Below are positions 39,462 through 48,094 of a DNA stretch of 64,000 nucleotides, piece after piece. A program made the position numbers and the translations under genes. Under the pieces are notes generated by a model, which was given only the letters and a program-made list of their open reading frames with translations, searched no databases and had not been told where the DNA came from. Location of the stretch: positions 1 to 64,000 of the IMG/VR virus record IMGVR_UViG_3300031519_004880, one strand, 5' to 3'. The stretch is from a virus (lineage: Duplodnaviria > Caudoviricetes). Every line of letters begins with the position of its first letter. The stretch's first letter is position 1.

Positions 39462-39502
39462 CCAGAAAATGCAATTATTTTAAGAAAAAGAATGTAGTAA
39501 TA

Positions 39503-39898
39503 TCAAGGGTTTAGTTCTTCATCTGTCCGTTTTAGAGCTTTTGCTAGTCCATACTTGCGTACATCTCCGCTAAAAAGGTGCAATTCCATGCTCTTTTTTT
39601 CGCTTGTAACGGTAATATGCTTGTTAGTTATGTAGTAAGGACAGTCGATAAACTTATCTAAGAACAGTATAACTTGGGTAGTTATCTTAAAGTCAGGCGG
39701 AAATGGAATTTCGTATACTGCTAATTCCAATTTATCTGAAAGAAACATCATGCCTTCGTCAGTTAAGCGAAGACCGCCAGATGAACGTTCTCTTGTATTC
39801 TGCCACCAAAGAGGCATGTATTCTTTTAACGTGCTTTCACCAATGCTAATACCCGCCTGTTTTAAGAATACCTTAGTATAGGTTTCTTTCCAGTTCAT
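39503..39898 (-). CDS. Hypothetical phage protein
   Basis: 131 aa ORF in a co-directional run. Confidence 0.7.
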   Translation of the reverse strand: MNWKETYTKVFLKQAGISIGESTLKEYMPLWWQNTRERSSGGLRLTDEGMMFLSDKLELAVYEIPFPPDFKITTQVILFLDKFIDCPYYITNKHITVTSEKKSMELHLFSGDVRKYGLAKALKRTDEELNP

Positions 39899-39899
39899 C

Positions 39900-40190
39900 T
39901 TAGTCTTCTTTTACTATTGTGCCGGATATCAATTTTACGACTGTAAAATCTTCTGTGGTGAAGAGCTCATTAAGTTTACTTGCTAAATTGTGTGCATGTC
40001 CTGGATTTGAAAAACTAACTTTTTTATATTTAGGCCCTGGATAGTTAGTTAACACATTCGAGGATTTTAAATTAAAAGGTTTGTCTTTGTAAAATACAGC
40101 CCAAATAGCTTCTGCCTCTAGAACTTGTTCGCTCTTATAAGACTTTTTATTTACATGCTCTAGCAATACGTTAGGTTTAGGTCTACTCAT
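39900..40190 (-). CDS. Hypothetical phage protein
   Basis: ATAAATA (40217-40211) and SD GGAG upstream. Confidence 0.7.
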   Translation of the reverse strand: MSRPKPNVLLEHVNKKSYKSEQVLEAEAIWAVFYKDKPFNLKSSNVLTNYPGPKYKKVSFSNPGHAHNLASKLNELFTTEDFTVVKLISGTIVKED

Positions 40191-40251
40191 ATATATTCTC
40201 TCTCCATTAGTATTTATCTAATTGAGCGAGTTATATGCGTAGTTTATTTGA

Positions 40252-40497
40252 TTACTTCCAGCCTTGTCCGCCGCCATCAACAGTTACGTTAATGACTTCT
40301 TCAGCGTTCTTTTCCTGGTGTACTAGAGCTTCTAATTCGCCGTGTAAGCGACTCATTACACTACCTAGGGTTAGTGCTAAGTTCTTTGCATCTCGTATAT
40401 TAAGAGTGATTTGTTTCTCTTGTGTGTTGTCAGCAGTCTTAACTTTGTCAATAAACTGCTGTAACGGAATTGTATTTAAAGGGTTAACGGTTGGCAC
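40252..40497 (-). CDS. Hypothetical protein
   Basis: 81 aa, coupled to the upstream ORF. Confidence 0.6.
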   Translation of the reverse strand: MPTVNPLNTIPLQQFIDKVKTADNTQEKQITLNIRDAKNLALTLGSVMSRLHGELEALVHQEKNAEEVINVTVDGGGQGWK

Positions 40498-40966
40498 GTG
40501 ATAACTCCTGTCGCATTTCTAATTCTGTTTTAAACGGACCTCTATATTCATATGACTCTAAGGTTACCATTTTAGGGCAAAAACTCTTGACCCAACCTTT
40601 GTCAAAGTGAATACAAAAATAACCTGCCGCATACAAGCTCTTTGATTTTTTACTCTTTGTAAATAATCCAAACTTTCTTTTAACATCAAACATTGAATTA
40701 AACGGACTAGCACTTGTAGGCAATCCGTAAATTAGTTTGTCGTCAGCTTTCTCAGAATTGCTAACAGTTGCTTTATTCCACACTAGTGTTCCAAGGTTCT
40801 TTTCTACAACACTTTTGTTGTCATACATGTATGTTCCTGTTTCACAACTATACATATATTTGTTATCAGCATCTTTTGATAAGGTGCCTTTCTTTTCATT
40901 TGAATCTGTATCTTCAATAATCCAAAATTTATTCTTTAATATTTCGTTTGCTTTAAGTCGTGTCAT
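40484..40966 (-). CDS. Hypothetical phage protein
   Basis: 160 aa, coupled. Confidence 0.65.
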   Translation of the reverse strand: MTRLKANEILKNKFWIIEDTDSNEKKGTLSKDADNKYMYSCETGTYMYDNKSVVEKNLGTLVWNKATVSNSEKADDKLIYGLPTSASPFNSMFDVKRKFGLFTKSKKSKSLYAAGYFCIHFDKGWVKSFCPKMVTLESYEYRGPFKTELEMRQELSRANR

Positions 40967-41952
40967 AGTACTGGATACCTCGCTTGTAATGGTTTAGCAT
41001 AAGATTGTGCATTGTCGCTAATTCGTTGCATGTCATATAATGCACAGAACTTCATTAGTCGTAGCCCAACTTGTGATATATTCTTAGGTTGTGCATTTTC
41101 GATAATAGTGTTATCAATCTTTTCTCTAACGTTCTGCGGTTGTGCAGTTAAGTCACAAAGGATAACATTACGATTGTAATCATCTAGTACACGATGTTCT
41201 GTACCGTTATGATCTACCCAACGTTGTAGCATCATGTTGTTCCAATTGTAGCCTTTAGTATCTTTATCTGCATATGCTTCTTGTAGACCTACTTTGTTCT
41301 TAGTGCCTTTTTTACGTACACCTGGATAAGCACTAAACACATTGTCACTAGTGTCGCCTCGCATACACTTTTCAAATAGCATGTAGTCGGGATTAGGTGC
41401 AGGCTTTTCTAAACCTGTCTTTTTATCTATTACAGGCTTCTTCTTCTTATCGTCAAAGTAACCTTCGTTAGTAATGATAGTATTACTTACACCATTGTAT
41501 TGTGTTACAGTAGGGCTAATAAGTTGTGCAAAGTCACCATCTGTACTAATAATAACATGTTCATCATTAGGATGATGTTGTACCCAACCTGCAATTAAGT
41601 CATCTGCTTCTAGCTCAGGATGTTGCATAACAGTACAGTTAGTTTTAGTAGTTACAAAGTCTTTAAATGCATCAAACGTTTCCCAGAAGATCTTTTCTTC
41701 TTGTGCTTGTGCAGGATTCATTGCATCTCTAGTTTCTTTACGATTTGCTTTGTAAGGAGCATAATGATCCTTACGCCAACTGCGTCCTTCTAAACAAAAT
41801 ACAATATGATCAGCACCAAAGTCTTCCCATGCTTTCTTAATACTGTTTAATGTAATGTGAAAAGCCATACCAACTTTAGTATCCAAGTCGCCACGTACAA
41901 CGTGCCTTGCTCTAAAAAAAGTATTTGCTGTATCTACTAGTACGTATTTCAT
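40963..41952 (-). CDS. rnh: T4 RNase H-like 5'-3' exonuclease (FEN family)
   Basis: LVDTAN, LEADDLI, ISTDGDF, RGDTSDNV; likely start ATG 41952. Confidence 0.9.
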   Translation of the reverse strand: MKYVLVDTANTFFRARHVVRGDLDTKVGMAFHITLNSIKKAWEDFGADHIVFCLEGRSWRKDHYAPYKANRKETRDAMNPAQAQEEKIFWETFDAFKDFVTTKTNCTVMQHPELEADDLIAGWVQHHPNDEHVIISTDGDFAQLISPTVTQYNGVSNTIITNEGYFDDKKKKPVIDKKTGLEKPAPNPDYMLFEKCMRGDTSDNVFSAYPGVRKKGTKNKVGLQEAYADKDTKGYNWNNMMLQRWVDHNGTEHRVLDDYNRNVILCDLTAQPQNVREKIDNTIIENAQPKNISQVGLRLMKFCALYDMQRISDNAQSYAKPLQARYPVL

Positions 41953-42890
41953 ATTGTTGTCCACTCCGTTTTGCCTAATAAGTAAGTTGCCCATAGCATA
42001 TGAAATTCTTCTTTAGGATGAAATCCATTAATGCTACTGTTGCCTAGTAGTGTATTACTACTTTCTAAATTATCTAGTTGCTTCATTATATAGTTACTAT
42101 CACTCTCTACATTCTCATACTTGCGATAATGCTCTTGCCACCAACCTGCTTCGTTAATAACAGGCAATTCAAAAACACTACCATGCATCTGTGCAGTTAA
42201 TCTAACCCACGGACATACTACTATTGTACACGAATCTGTAGCAAAGTCAACCATAAATGGATTGAAATTCTTCCAAACTAGACCTTCTACATTTGTATGT
42301 GATGTAATGATACGATTGAATTCTTTTAACATCATTGTGTCGTACAGTTTAAACCATTCAACATCAGACATTTTTTTATCTAGTGTTTGTGTTTCAGAGT
42401 ATAATGTATTGTAATGTTCTAACGTTTGATACCAATCTTCAATTTTAGATTGATCTCTGCCCGGGCTAGTTAATTGTAATATTACTTTAATTTCTTCGTA
42501 GTGTATAGCATATTCTTCTAACAGTCTATCTAAGTCGTGTATCATGTTTTGGTTACAGTTACCAGGAACTGCTGATAACAATAAATCACTATCTAATGCT
42601 TTTGCACAATGTCCTGCAAACGAATTATTAATTCGATGTGCTAGACTGTCGTTACCAAGACCGCTTTCTACTCCGGTAAAGTTTTCACCGTACGACCAGC
42701 TTTCACCTACAACAATAAGAAGACTGTTCTTTTTGTTCTTAACAATGGTTTCTGTATTAATTGCACTAATCCAATCAGGCTTACTACTAGACTCTCGGGT
42801 ATGCAACGTTGTCTTTTCAGTAATAACGTTTAACGATCGGGAGTCTAACCCTTGGATAGGATTAATATATTTCCATTTAAAATGCTTCAC
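41949..42890 (-). CDS. SGNH-like protein
   Basis: IVVGESWSYG, AVPGNCN, GFHP. Confidence 0.55.
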   Translation of the reverse strand: MKHFKWKYINPIQGLDSRSLNVITEKTTLHTRESSSKPDWISAINTETIVKNKKNSLLIVVGESWSYGENFTGVESGLGNDSLAHRINNSFAGHCAKALDSDLLLSAVPGNCNQNMIHDLDRLLEEYAIHYEEIKVILQLTSPGRDQSKIEDWYQTLEHYNTLYSETQTLDKKMSDVEWFKLYDTMMLKEFNRIITSHTNVEGLVWKNFNPFMVDFATDSCTIVVCPWVRLTAQMHGSVFELPVINEAGWWQEHYRKYENVESDSNYIMKQLDNLESSNTLLGNSSINGFHPKEEFHMLWATYLLGKTEWTTI

Positions 42891-43245
42891 TTTTGCCGTC
42901 AGCCCTTTTCTCTATCTTAATATGGCCTGCTTCTCTTTTAGGATTATGACCTTCTTCTGTTAAAATAGTTCTAGCAACGTCTTTAAACCAACCATCTACA
43001 ATTTCTTCGTTAGTTTCGCCTTTGTATCCAGCATCAAGTAGTTGCTCAATAAACTCGTTATTCCAATCAAGTTCAAAGAATCCGTTCTTAATATCTGTAG
43101 GGTTAACTTGTGTATCAAGTACACCAACCCAAGGCTTCTTAGCTTTAGTAGCCGCCGCCTTTTCTTTTTCTAGTACTGCTCTCGAATCAGGTTCACCTGT
43201 AACAGGTTCCGTTTTCTTAAACATATTTTTAAGTTTATCAATCAT
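42877..43245 (-). CDS. Hypothetical phage protein
   Basis: 122 aa; FELDWN. Confidence 0.7.
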   Translation of the reverse strand: MIDKLKNMFKKTEPVTGEPDSRAVLEKEKAAATKAKKPWVGVLDTQVNPTDIKNGFFELDWNNEFIEQLLDAGYKGETNEEIVDGWFKDVARTILTEEGHNPKREAGHIKIEKRADGKSEAF

Positions 43246-43255
43246 ATTGTATCCT

Positions 43256-43363
43256 TTATATTAGTCCTTTTTCTCTTAACTCTTCATCAAGAGGTTTGTT
43301 AATTGTAGCCTTCATAGCTTTTTTATGTTGCTCACTTTTGTATGCATCAAGTTCCCCATGCAT
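43256..43363 (-). CDS. Possible 35-aa ORF overlapping the queE 3' end
   Basis: MHGELDAYKSEQHKKAMKATINKPLDEELREKGLI*; fills an otherwise empty 100-nt gap. Confidence 0.35.
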   Translation of the reverse strand: MHGELDAYKSEQHKKAMKATINKPLDEELREKGLI

Positions 43364-44240
43364 TTCCGAATAAGGATATGTGGAGTCTTGGGGTGAATCG
43401 CCATCCTTTTGCCATACACGCTTCTGCAACTTCTTTAACATTGAGGACATATTCTTCCGAACGTCCACCCAACGGCATAAGATACACAGGACATTGAACC
43501 CCTGCATTGCGATACTCTTCGACAGCTCTTTCAACTTCTTCAAAGTCAGCTTGAGTAGCGACAACAAACTTGAGATAAAGGTCACCACAGTCAAGCAAGT
43601 TATACTCAAAAGCAACATTAGGTTTAATAGCATCTTCCCAAGATTCTCCTGAAACGCTAAGTTTAGGGGAACAAGACCATGTAATAGAAATTCTCTCTTG
43701 ATCGTTAAGATAGTTGAAGAAATCTTCGTGTAAGTGTTGTGTAGTATTTGTTTCAAATGTAACATTTTTTAAATCCGCCATACGTGGGTGTTCAAATAGT
43801 TCTACGTATAATCGTTGCCACGCTAACAACGGCTCGCCGCCGGTCATAATCAAATGTACATCTTGACCATTATCCTGTACCCACTTACCATTTGGTGTGA
43901 GCGAAAGCAAATGTTCAACTACTTCGTCAACATCTGCTTGTTTGTTAAAGTGCTTAAATTCTGGATAGATACTTGCATACGTATCACAACCTGTGTGTAT
44001 AATAGGCAAGTCTGTAAACTTTTCAGTCTTTGCAATAATACCATCATTTAACAAATCTTTTACTTCTTGATTATGAATAACACCTTGCTTTTGCTTTTCA
44101 GCACGACTAGGTTCGTTATTCAGTCCAAAGTTCATACAACGAAAGTTACAACCAAAGGTACGTAAGAATACACTAGGTACTCCTACAAATTTGCCTTCTC
44201 CTTGTACACTATAAAATGCTTCTGAATATCTTAGCTTCAT
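43347..44240 (-). CDS. queE: 7-carboxy-7-deazaguanine synthase (radical SAM), insertion variant
   Basis: EAFYSVQGEG...VFLRTFGCNFRC-x49-CDT, MTGGEP, FETN, CSPKL, PRLH. Confidence 0.92.
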   Translation of the reverse strand: MKLRYSEAFYSVQGEGKFVGVPSVFLRTFGCNFRCMNFGLNNEPSRAEKQKQGVIHNQEVKDLLNDGIIAKTEKFTDLPIIHTGCDTYASIYPEFKHFNKQADVDEVVEHLLSLTPNGKWVQDNGQDVHLIMTGGEPLLAWQRLYVELFEHPRMADLKNVTFETNTTQHLHEDFFNYLNDQERISITWSCSPKLSVSGESWEDAIKPNVAFEYNLLDCGDLYLKFVVATQADFEEVERAVEEYRNAGVQCPVYLMPLGGRSEEYVLNVKEVAEACMAKGWRFTPRLHISLFGNAWGT

Positions 44241-44437
44241 TATACCATCTCCTCAACAATGCCAAGCACTTCTGCACCAATAATTAATGCACCTGCAACT
44301 ACAAAATTACCTGTAATTAAAAAGTAACCTGCTACAATTCGAATTGCACTTTTTACCAAGCTAACATAAAAGTGTCCTTTACCCGGGTCTTTTGCCGCAG
44401 GCATAATTACTCTTTCTGGAATTGGCATATTATACAA
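44240..44437 (-). CDS. Small membrane protein
   Basis: 65 aa, hydrophobic C-terminal half. Confidence 0.6.
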   Translation of the reverse strand: MYNMPIPERVIMPAAKDPGKGHFYVSLVKSAIRIVAGYFLITGNFVVAGALIIGAEVLGIVEEMV

Positions 44438-44624
44438 CCTTCATTAATGGTTCAGTAGTTGAAGCGTCATGATAGTCATCACCAAAGTATCTACGTTTAA
44501 CTGTTTCTTTAACTAGCATACCATCTCTAACACGGTATGTAATAAATTCTTGTTTAACAACCCCTTCAAGGTTACCAATGTTTAGTCCCGATTCTGTTGC
44601 GTGTTTTAAAGGTCCGTCCGTCAT
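44430..44624 (-). CDS. Hypothetical protein
   Basis: 64 aa, coupled to folE. Confidence 0.6.
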   Translation of the reverse strand: MTDGPLKHATESGLNIGNLEGVVKQEFITYRVRDGMLVKETVKRRYFGDDYHDASTTEPLMKVV

Positions 44625-45304
44625 TTCGCATACTCCTGTTGTAATTTAATGTTGTCAAAGAACTCTTTCTTTGTACCCGAGTCATCTTTAAAACTACCTT
44701 TGAGTACTGTTGTTTGTGTAAGACTACTAGTTGCCATGATACCTCTGTTCTCACAACAGCCGTGTGTTGCTTGAATGTATACACCTAAGTGTTCTGCATC
44801 AGTTGCCTTTTGTATTTCACGAGTAATATCGTTTGCAAGTTCTTCTTGTAGTGTTCCACGTCTAGCACACCATTGAGCAATACGTGTATACTTAGATAGT
44901 CCAATAAGTTTATCCGCGGCAATGATGCCAATGTATGCTACACCTTGAACTGGCTGGTGATGATGCGAACATACACTTTTAAGTTCTGAACGTACAACTA
45001 GCATACCTTCATATCGATTATCGCTATCATTTGGAAATGCTGTTGCACTTGGAGGTACATCATAACGTCCTACCATTAGCTCATTGTAGTACATTTTAGC
45101 AAGGCGTCTTGCTGTGCCTTTACTATTAGGATCGTTATAACGATCAATTACAAGTGCATCTAGTACACTTTCAAATGCTACAGATGCTTCGTCAATAAGA
45201 GCTTCTTTATCGCCTTCATGCAATACTTTACTAATATTGTCACCCGCCCAGTAACGCATGTCTGCTTGTACTAGGCGAGCTTTAATTTCTTCTACTTTAC
45301 TCAT
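44621..45304 (-). CDS. folE: GTP cyclohydrolase I
   Basis: TARRLAK, SVCSHH, IGLSK, RGTLQEE, HGCCENRG. Confidence 0.95.
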   Translation of the reverse strand: MSKVEEIKARLVQADMRYWAGDNISKVLHEGDKEALIDEASVAFESVLDALVIDRYNDPNSKGTARRLAKMYYNELMVGRYDVPPSATAFPNDSDNRYEGMLVVRSELKSVCSHHHQPVQGVAYIGIIAADKLIGLSKYTRIAQWCARRGTLQEELANDITREIQKATDAEHLGVYIQATHGCCENRGIMATSSLTQTTVLKGSFKDDSGTKKEFFDNIKLQQEYAK

Positions 45305-45310
45305 TTACTT

Positions 45311-45337
45311 CTCCGATGTTTAGGCAGTGGATTGCCT
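45311..45337 (-). promoter_or_regulatory. folE 5'-UTR hairpin; possible mini-pseudoknot with the SD
   Basis: AGGCA-ATCCAC-TGCCT-AAACATC-GGAG; loop UCC is complementary to SD GGA. Confidence 0.5.
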
Positions 45338-45351
45338 TCAATGTTATATAT

Positions 45352-45380
45352 ATTATAACAAGTATTTAGGTTTTTGTCAA
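45352..45380 (-). promoter_or_regulatory. Consensus sigma70 promoter with embedded TAAATA (folE-queE operon)
   Basis: TTGACA-AAAACCTAAATACTTGT-TATAAT. Confidence 0.85.
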
Positions 45381-45393
45381 GTATAAAATACAC

Positions 45394-45591
45394 TTAAAAA
45401 TACTTTTTGAGCATTTCAAGTCTATCGTCAGCACCAGCTAACAAATCCAATTCTTTTTGAATTGTTTCAACGATGTCACTATGTTCACCGATACCTGCAG
45501 GATTACTCAAATACACTTCAATGTTTGTTTTGTGTACTGCAATTTGTCCTTCTGCATGTTTCTTTGCCGCTTCTAATAGGTTTACTCTCAT
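45394..45591 (-). CDS. Small T4-like phage protein
   Basis: NIEVYLSNPAGIGEHSDIVE, a pattern I associate with marine T4-like phages. Confidence 0.7.
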   Translation of the reverse strand: MRVNLLEAAKKHAEGQIAVHKTNIEVYLSNPAGIGEHSDIVETIQKELDLLAGADDRLEMLKKYF

Positions 45592-46454
45592 TTATCTTCC
45601 TTTCTAAATTGGGATGGTATATACTCTAGTGCAATCATCTTGTGTATTTCCTTATCAAAATGTTCACCGTCGAGTGTATGCGTACCCACGTTGATGTCTT
45701 TTTTCTGTAGAAACCAATCTTCTACAGTATCTTCTGCAACTTGAATATAGTTAAAATCAAAGTACTTGTTCATTTCTTTTAACTTAGGTATCCAAGTCCA
45801 ACTGTTCAGACCAAACAGTTTTAGACTTGCGCCTTTCTGACGACACATCTCTTGTAAAATATATATCTCCTTAAACCATTCACGTTGTGCTTTCAGGCTC
45901 ATAATTTCCATATGTGTCTTTACAGTCATGTAAGGTATTGATCTAAGGTCAGGTTCGTCTATTTTAAATTCAGGATCGTATCTAACTACAAACGGTAACT
46001 CTGTTTGAAAGTCTTCTTTAAAAGCCTGCATTGGAATATCCCATACACTATTATCTTCAGTTCCATTCTTTGGAAACCAACAATCAATTTTTCCTTTAGT
46101 AGTGTCTTTGGTATATAATATATCAAGAGGAATAAGATTTTCGTAGTGCATTGGATATTGTACTGCTAGTCTAAAACGATTCCAATATGTCATTTGTACA
46201 ACAACTTCACTAATGTCATCATATGTTTGAAACAAATGGCTTAACCATTCTGAGTATGACCACCACCCGTGTTGAGGATTAGCAAAGATAACTCCGTCAT
46301 TGCCTTTGTCGTTAATGTAGTATTCTGCCCAGTTGTTATCATGCCACTTGCCACTAAATGGCCAGTTCTCCATTGTTGGATGTTTTGGTATATCAGCAAC
46401 GTGATATCCTGATGTATGACTACAACCTATTGCGGCAGTTCTCATTACACGCAA
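45588..46454 (-). CDS. SGNH-like protein
   Basis: AAIGCSHTSG, DGEHF. Confidence 0.5.
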   Translation of the reverse strand: MRVMRTAAIGCSHTSGYHVADIPKHPTMENWPFSGKWHDNNWAEYYINDKGNDGVIFANPQHGWWSYSEWLSHLFQTYDDISEVVVQMTYWNRFRLAVQYPMHYENLIPLDILYTKDTTKGKIDCWFPKNGTEDNSVWDIPMQAFKEDFQTELPFVVRYDPEFKIDEPDLRSIPYMTVKTHMEIMSLKAQREWFKEIYILQEMCRQKGASLKLFGLNSWTWIPKLKEMNKYFDFNYIQVAEDTVEDWFLQKKDINVGTHTLDGEHFDKEIHKMIALEYIPSQFRKEDK

Positions 46455-46861
46455 TCTCCTTCTAGGTAAGCCATTGGACGAGTTGTATTATACTTTTGTT
46501 TATTTGGAATAACGCCACGTACTCCGCCTTTGGGATCTTCTGTGTCGCCATCACGTCTAAAAATAAGATGTACATGCGGATACATGCAAGTTTGTCCTGC
46601 ACTCTCTCCCATATTAATTCCCATGTTATAACCTGTAATATTTGTTTTATCACTTGCTACGTTATCGTAACCCATAGTAATACCAAAGTTAAAACATTTC
46701 ATAATACTTTCGCCATCAGCTATGCGAGGTACAATAAGAATATGTCCTTCAGTTACAGGGTAAGCATCTTTGTACACAATAAATTCACGAGTGCTAATTT
46801 CAACATTATCCCACGGTGCTCTGCCTTCTGACTGTGCTACTTCAAGTGTATCTGCTCTCAT
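46445..46861 (-). CDS. HIT-family nucleotide hydrolase
   Basis: DAYPVTEGHILIVP, NMGESAGQT, YPHVHLIFR. Confidence 0.85.
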   Translation of the reverse strand: MRADTLEVAQSEGRAPWDNVEISTREFIVYKDAYPVTEGHILIVPRIADGESIMKCFNFGITMGYDNVASDKTNITGYNMGINMGESAGQTCMYPHVHLIFRRDGDTEDPKGGVRGVIPNKQKYNTTRPMAYLEGDCV

Positions 46862-47562
46862 ATCCTTGGTTCCTTTTTAATTAATTTTTTTGGACGCAAC
46901 TTTAATGCTCTACTCATTAAGTTAATTATACCACCTTTTTTAAAGTTTGTCAAGAATCTTTTACGATCAAGTTCTCTTTTTAACTCATCAGTAAGTATAC
47001 ACTCGTCTAAACTGACCTTATTTGTCAAGTTAGGCGTAGTGAACTTAATGTAGCACAACGGGTCGCCACGCTTAATGCTTAGTTTAGTACGTGTACTGTT
47101 GAATACAAAGCCCCAACTAATAGTTCTTATCCAACTATGAATGTTAAAACTTCCACCAACAACTTCACCTGGAAACTTATCGTCATGCATAAATGGCGGA
47201 AGTATTTCCATTAAACACGGCTCGTCTGCAACAAACAAATAGTTTAAGTTAAGTTGAAACATTGGCTTTTTAGTGTCGTACATTTCTTCCGGACGGTGTA
47301 CAACAAACAAACTATGTAGTTCTTGCTCATCAACTTCTTTAGAAGTAATGCGAACAGTTCCGTCTTGAGGTTCAACGTCAAATGCAATAGGCGACTTTAG
47401 TACAAACATGTTACTATAAAATCCTTGGTAAGAAGGACAATCAATAATTCCACGTTTGTTATATTCTTTATTAACTATTTTTGGTGTCTTAATGCGTTCA
47501 GGTTCTAATACCAATAGCTCAGGTAAACCACCTGCCCAACACCAACCTATATTAGTTGCCAT
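46858..47562 (-). CDS. Hypothetical protein, possible dUTPase-like beta-clip fold
   Basis: CP...F.LKSP, GSFNIHSWIR, IKRGDPLCYI; fold guess only. Confidence 0.4.
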   Translation of the reverse strand: MATNIGWCWAGGLPELLVLEPERIKTPKIVNKEYNKRGIIDCPSYQGFYSNMFVLKSPIAFDVEPQDGTVRITSKEVDEQELHSLFVVHRPEEMYDTKKPMFQLNLNYLFVADEPCLMEILPPFMHDDKFPGEVVGGSFNIHSWIRTISWGFVFNSTRTKLSIKRGDPLCYIKFTTPNLTNKVSLDECILTDELKRELDRKRFLTNFKKGGIINLMSRALKLRPKKLIKKEPRI

Positions 47563-48094
47563 ACTCGCCTACATTTTCCCAAGGATAAACTAACCACACA
47601 TCTTCTTCTGCTTTGTTAAGTTCGTGACATGTATAACTTACATCACTACAATCACTTGCTAAATTTTCAGTTAGTGTAGCAAAGCGAACGTTGTTACCAA
47701 ATATATTATTCCACTTAGGATCCATTGGCATACAACCTGAAGCCCAGTCTTCTTTAATCCAATTAAATGTAGCACCAGTATCGTTGATATCATCTACAAT
47801 AAGTATGTTCTTATGTAACGGACCACCGGTAATTACTGTACCGTCATTATGTCCAAATGCATCTTCTGCCATCCAACAGTTACTTTCACTGTCGCGGTTG
47901 TCGTCACGTAGACTAACTTTAAGTGCTTCGCAAGGTATACCAGTCATGTTACTAATAATAGTAGCAGGTACATTGCCACCTCTAGTAATACCTACAATGT
48001 AATCAGGTCGCCAGTTATCTTTGTACATTTGATTAACAATGCTTACACACATTTTTTCAACGTCTTGCCAACTATAATAATGTTTCTTAATCAT
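47552..48094 (-). CDS. Type I (purine-type) phosphoribosyltransferase
   Basis: VGITRGG, ILIVDDINDTGAT PRPP loop, WLVYPWE. Confidence 0.88.
   Translation of the reverse strand: MIKKHYYSWQDVEKMCVSIVNQMYKDNWRPDYIVGITRGGNVPATIISNMTGIPCEALKVSLRDDNRDSESNCWMAEDAFGHNDGTVITGGPLHKNILIVDDINDTGATFNWIKEDWASGCMPMDPKWNNIFGNNVRFATLTENLASDCSDVSYTCHELNKAEEDVWLVYPWENVGEYGN

Noticed and set aside
43256-43765. 169-aa ORF overlapping queE in another frame
   Set aside because: The N-terminal 134 aa are a frame shadow of queE; only the last 35 codons are plausible and are listed separately.
45304-45351. Calling the folE leader a canonical preQ1-I or THF-II riboswitch
   Set aside because: The 6-nt loop is shorter than preQ1-I loops and the leader is too short for THF-II; kept only as a candidate new element.
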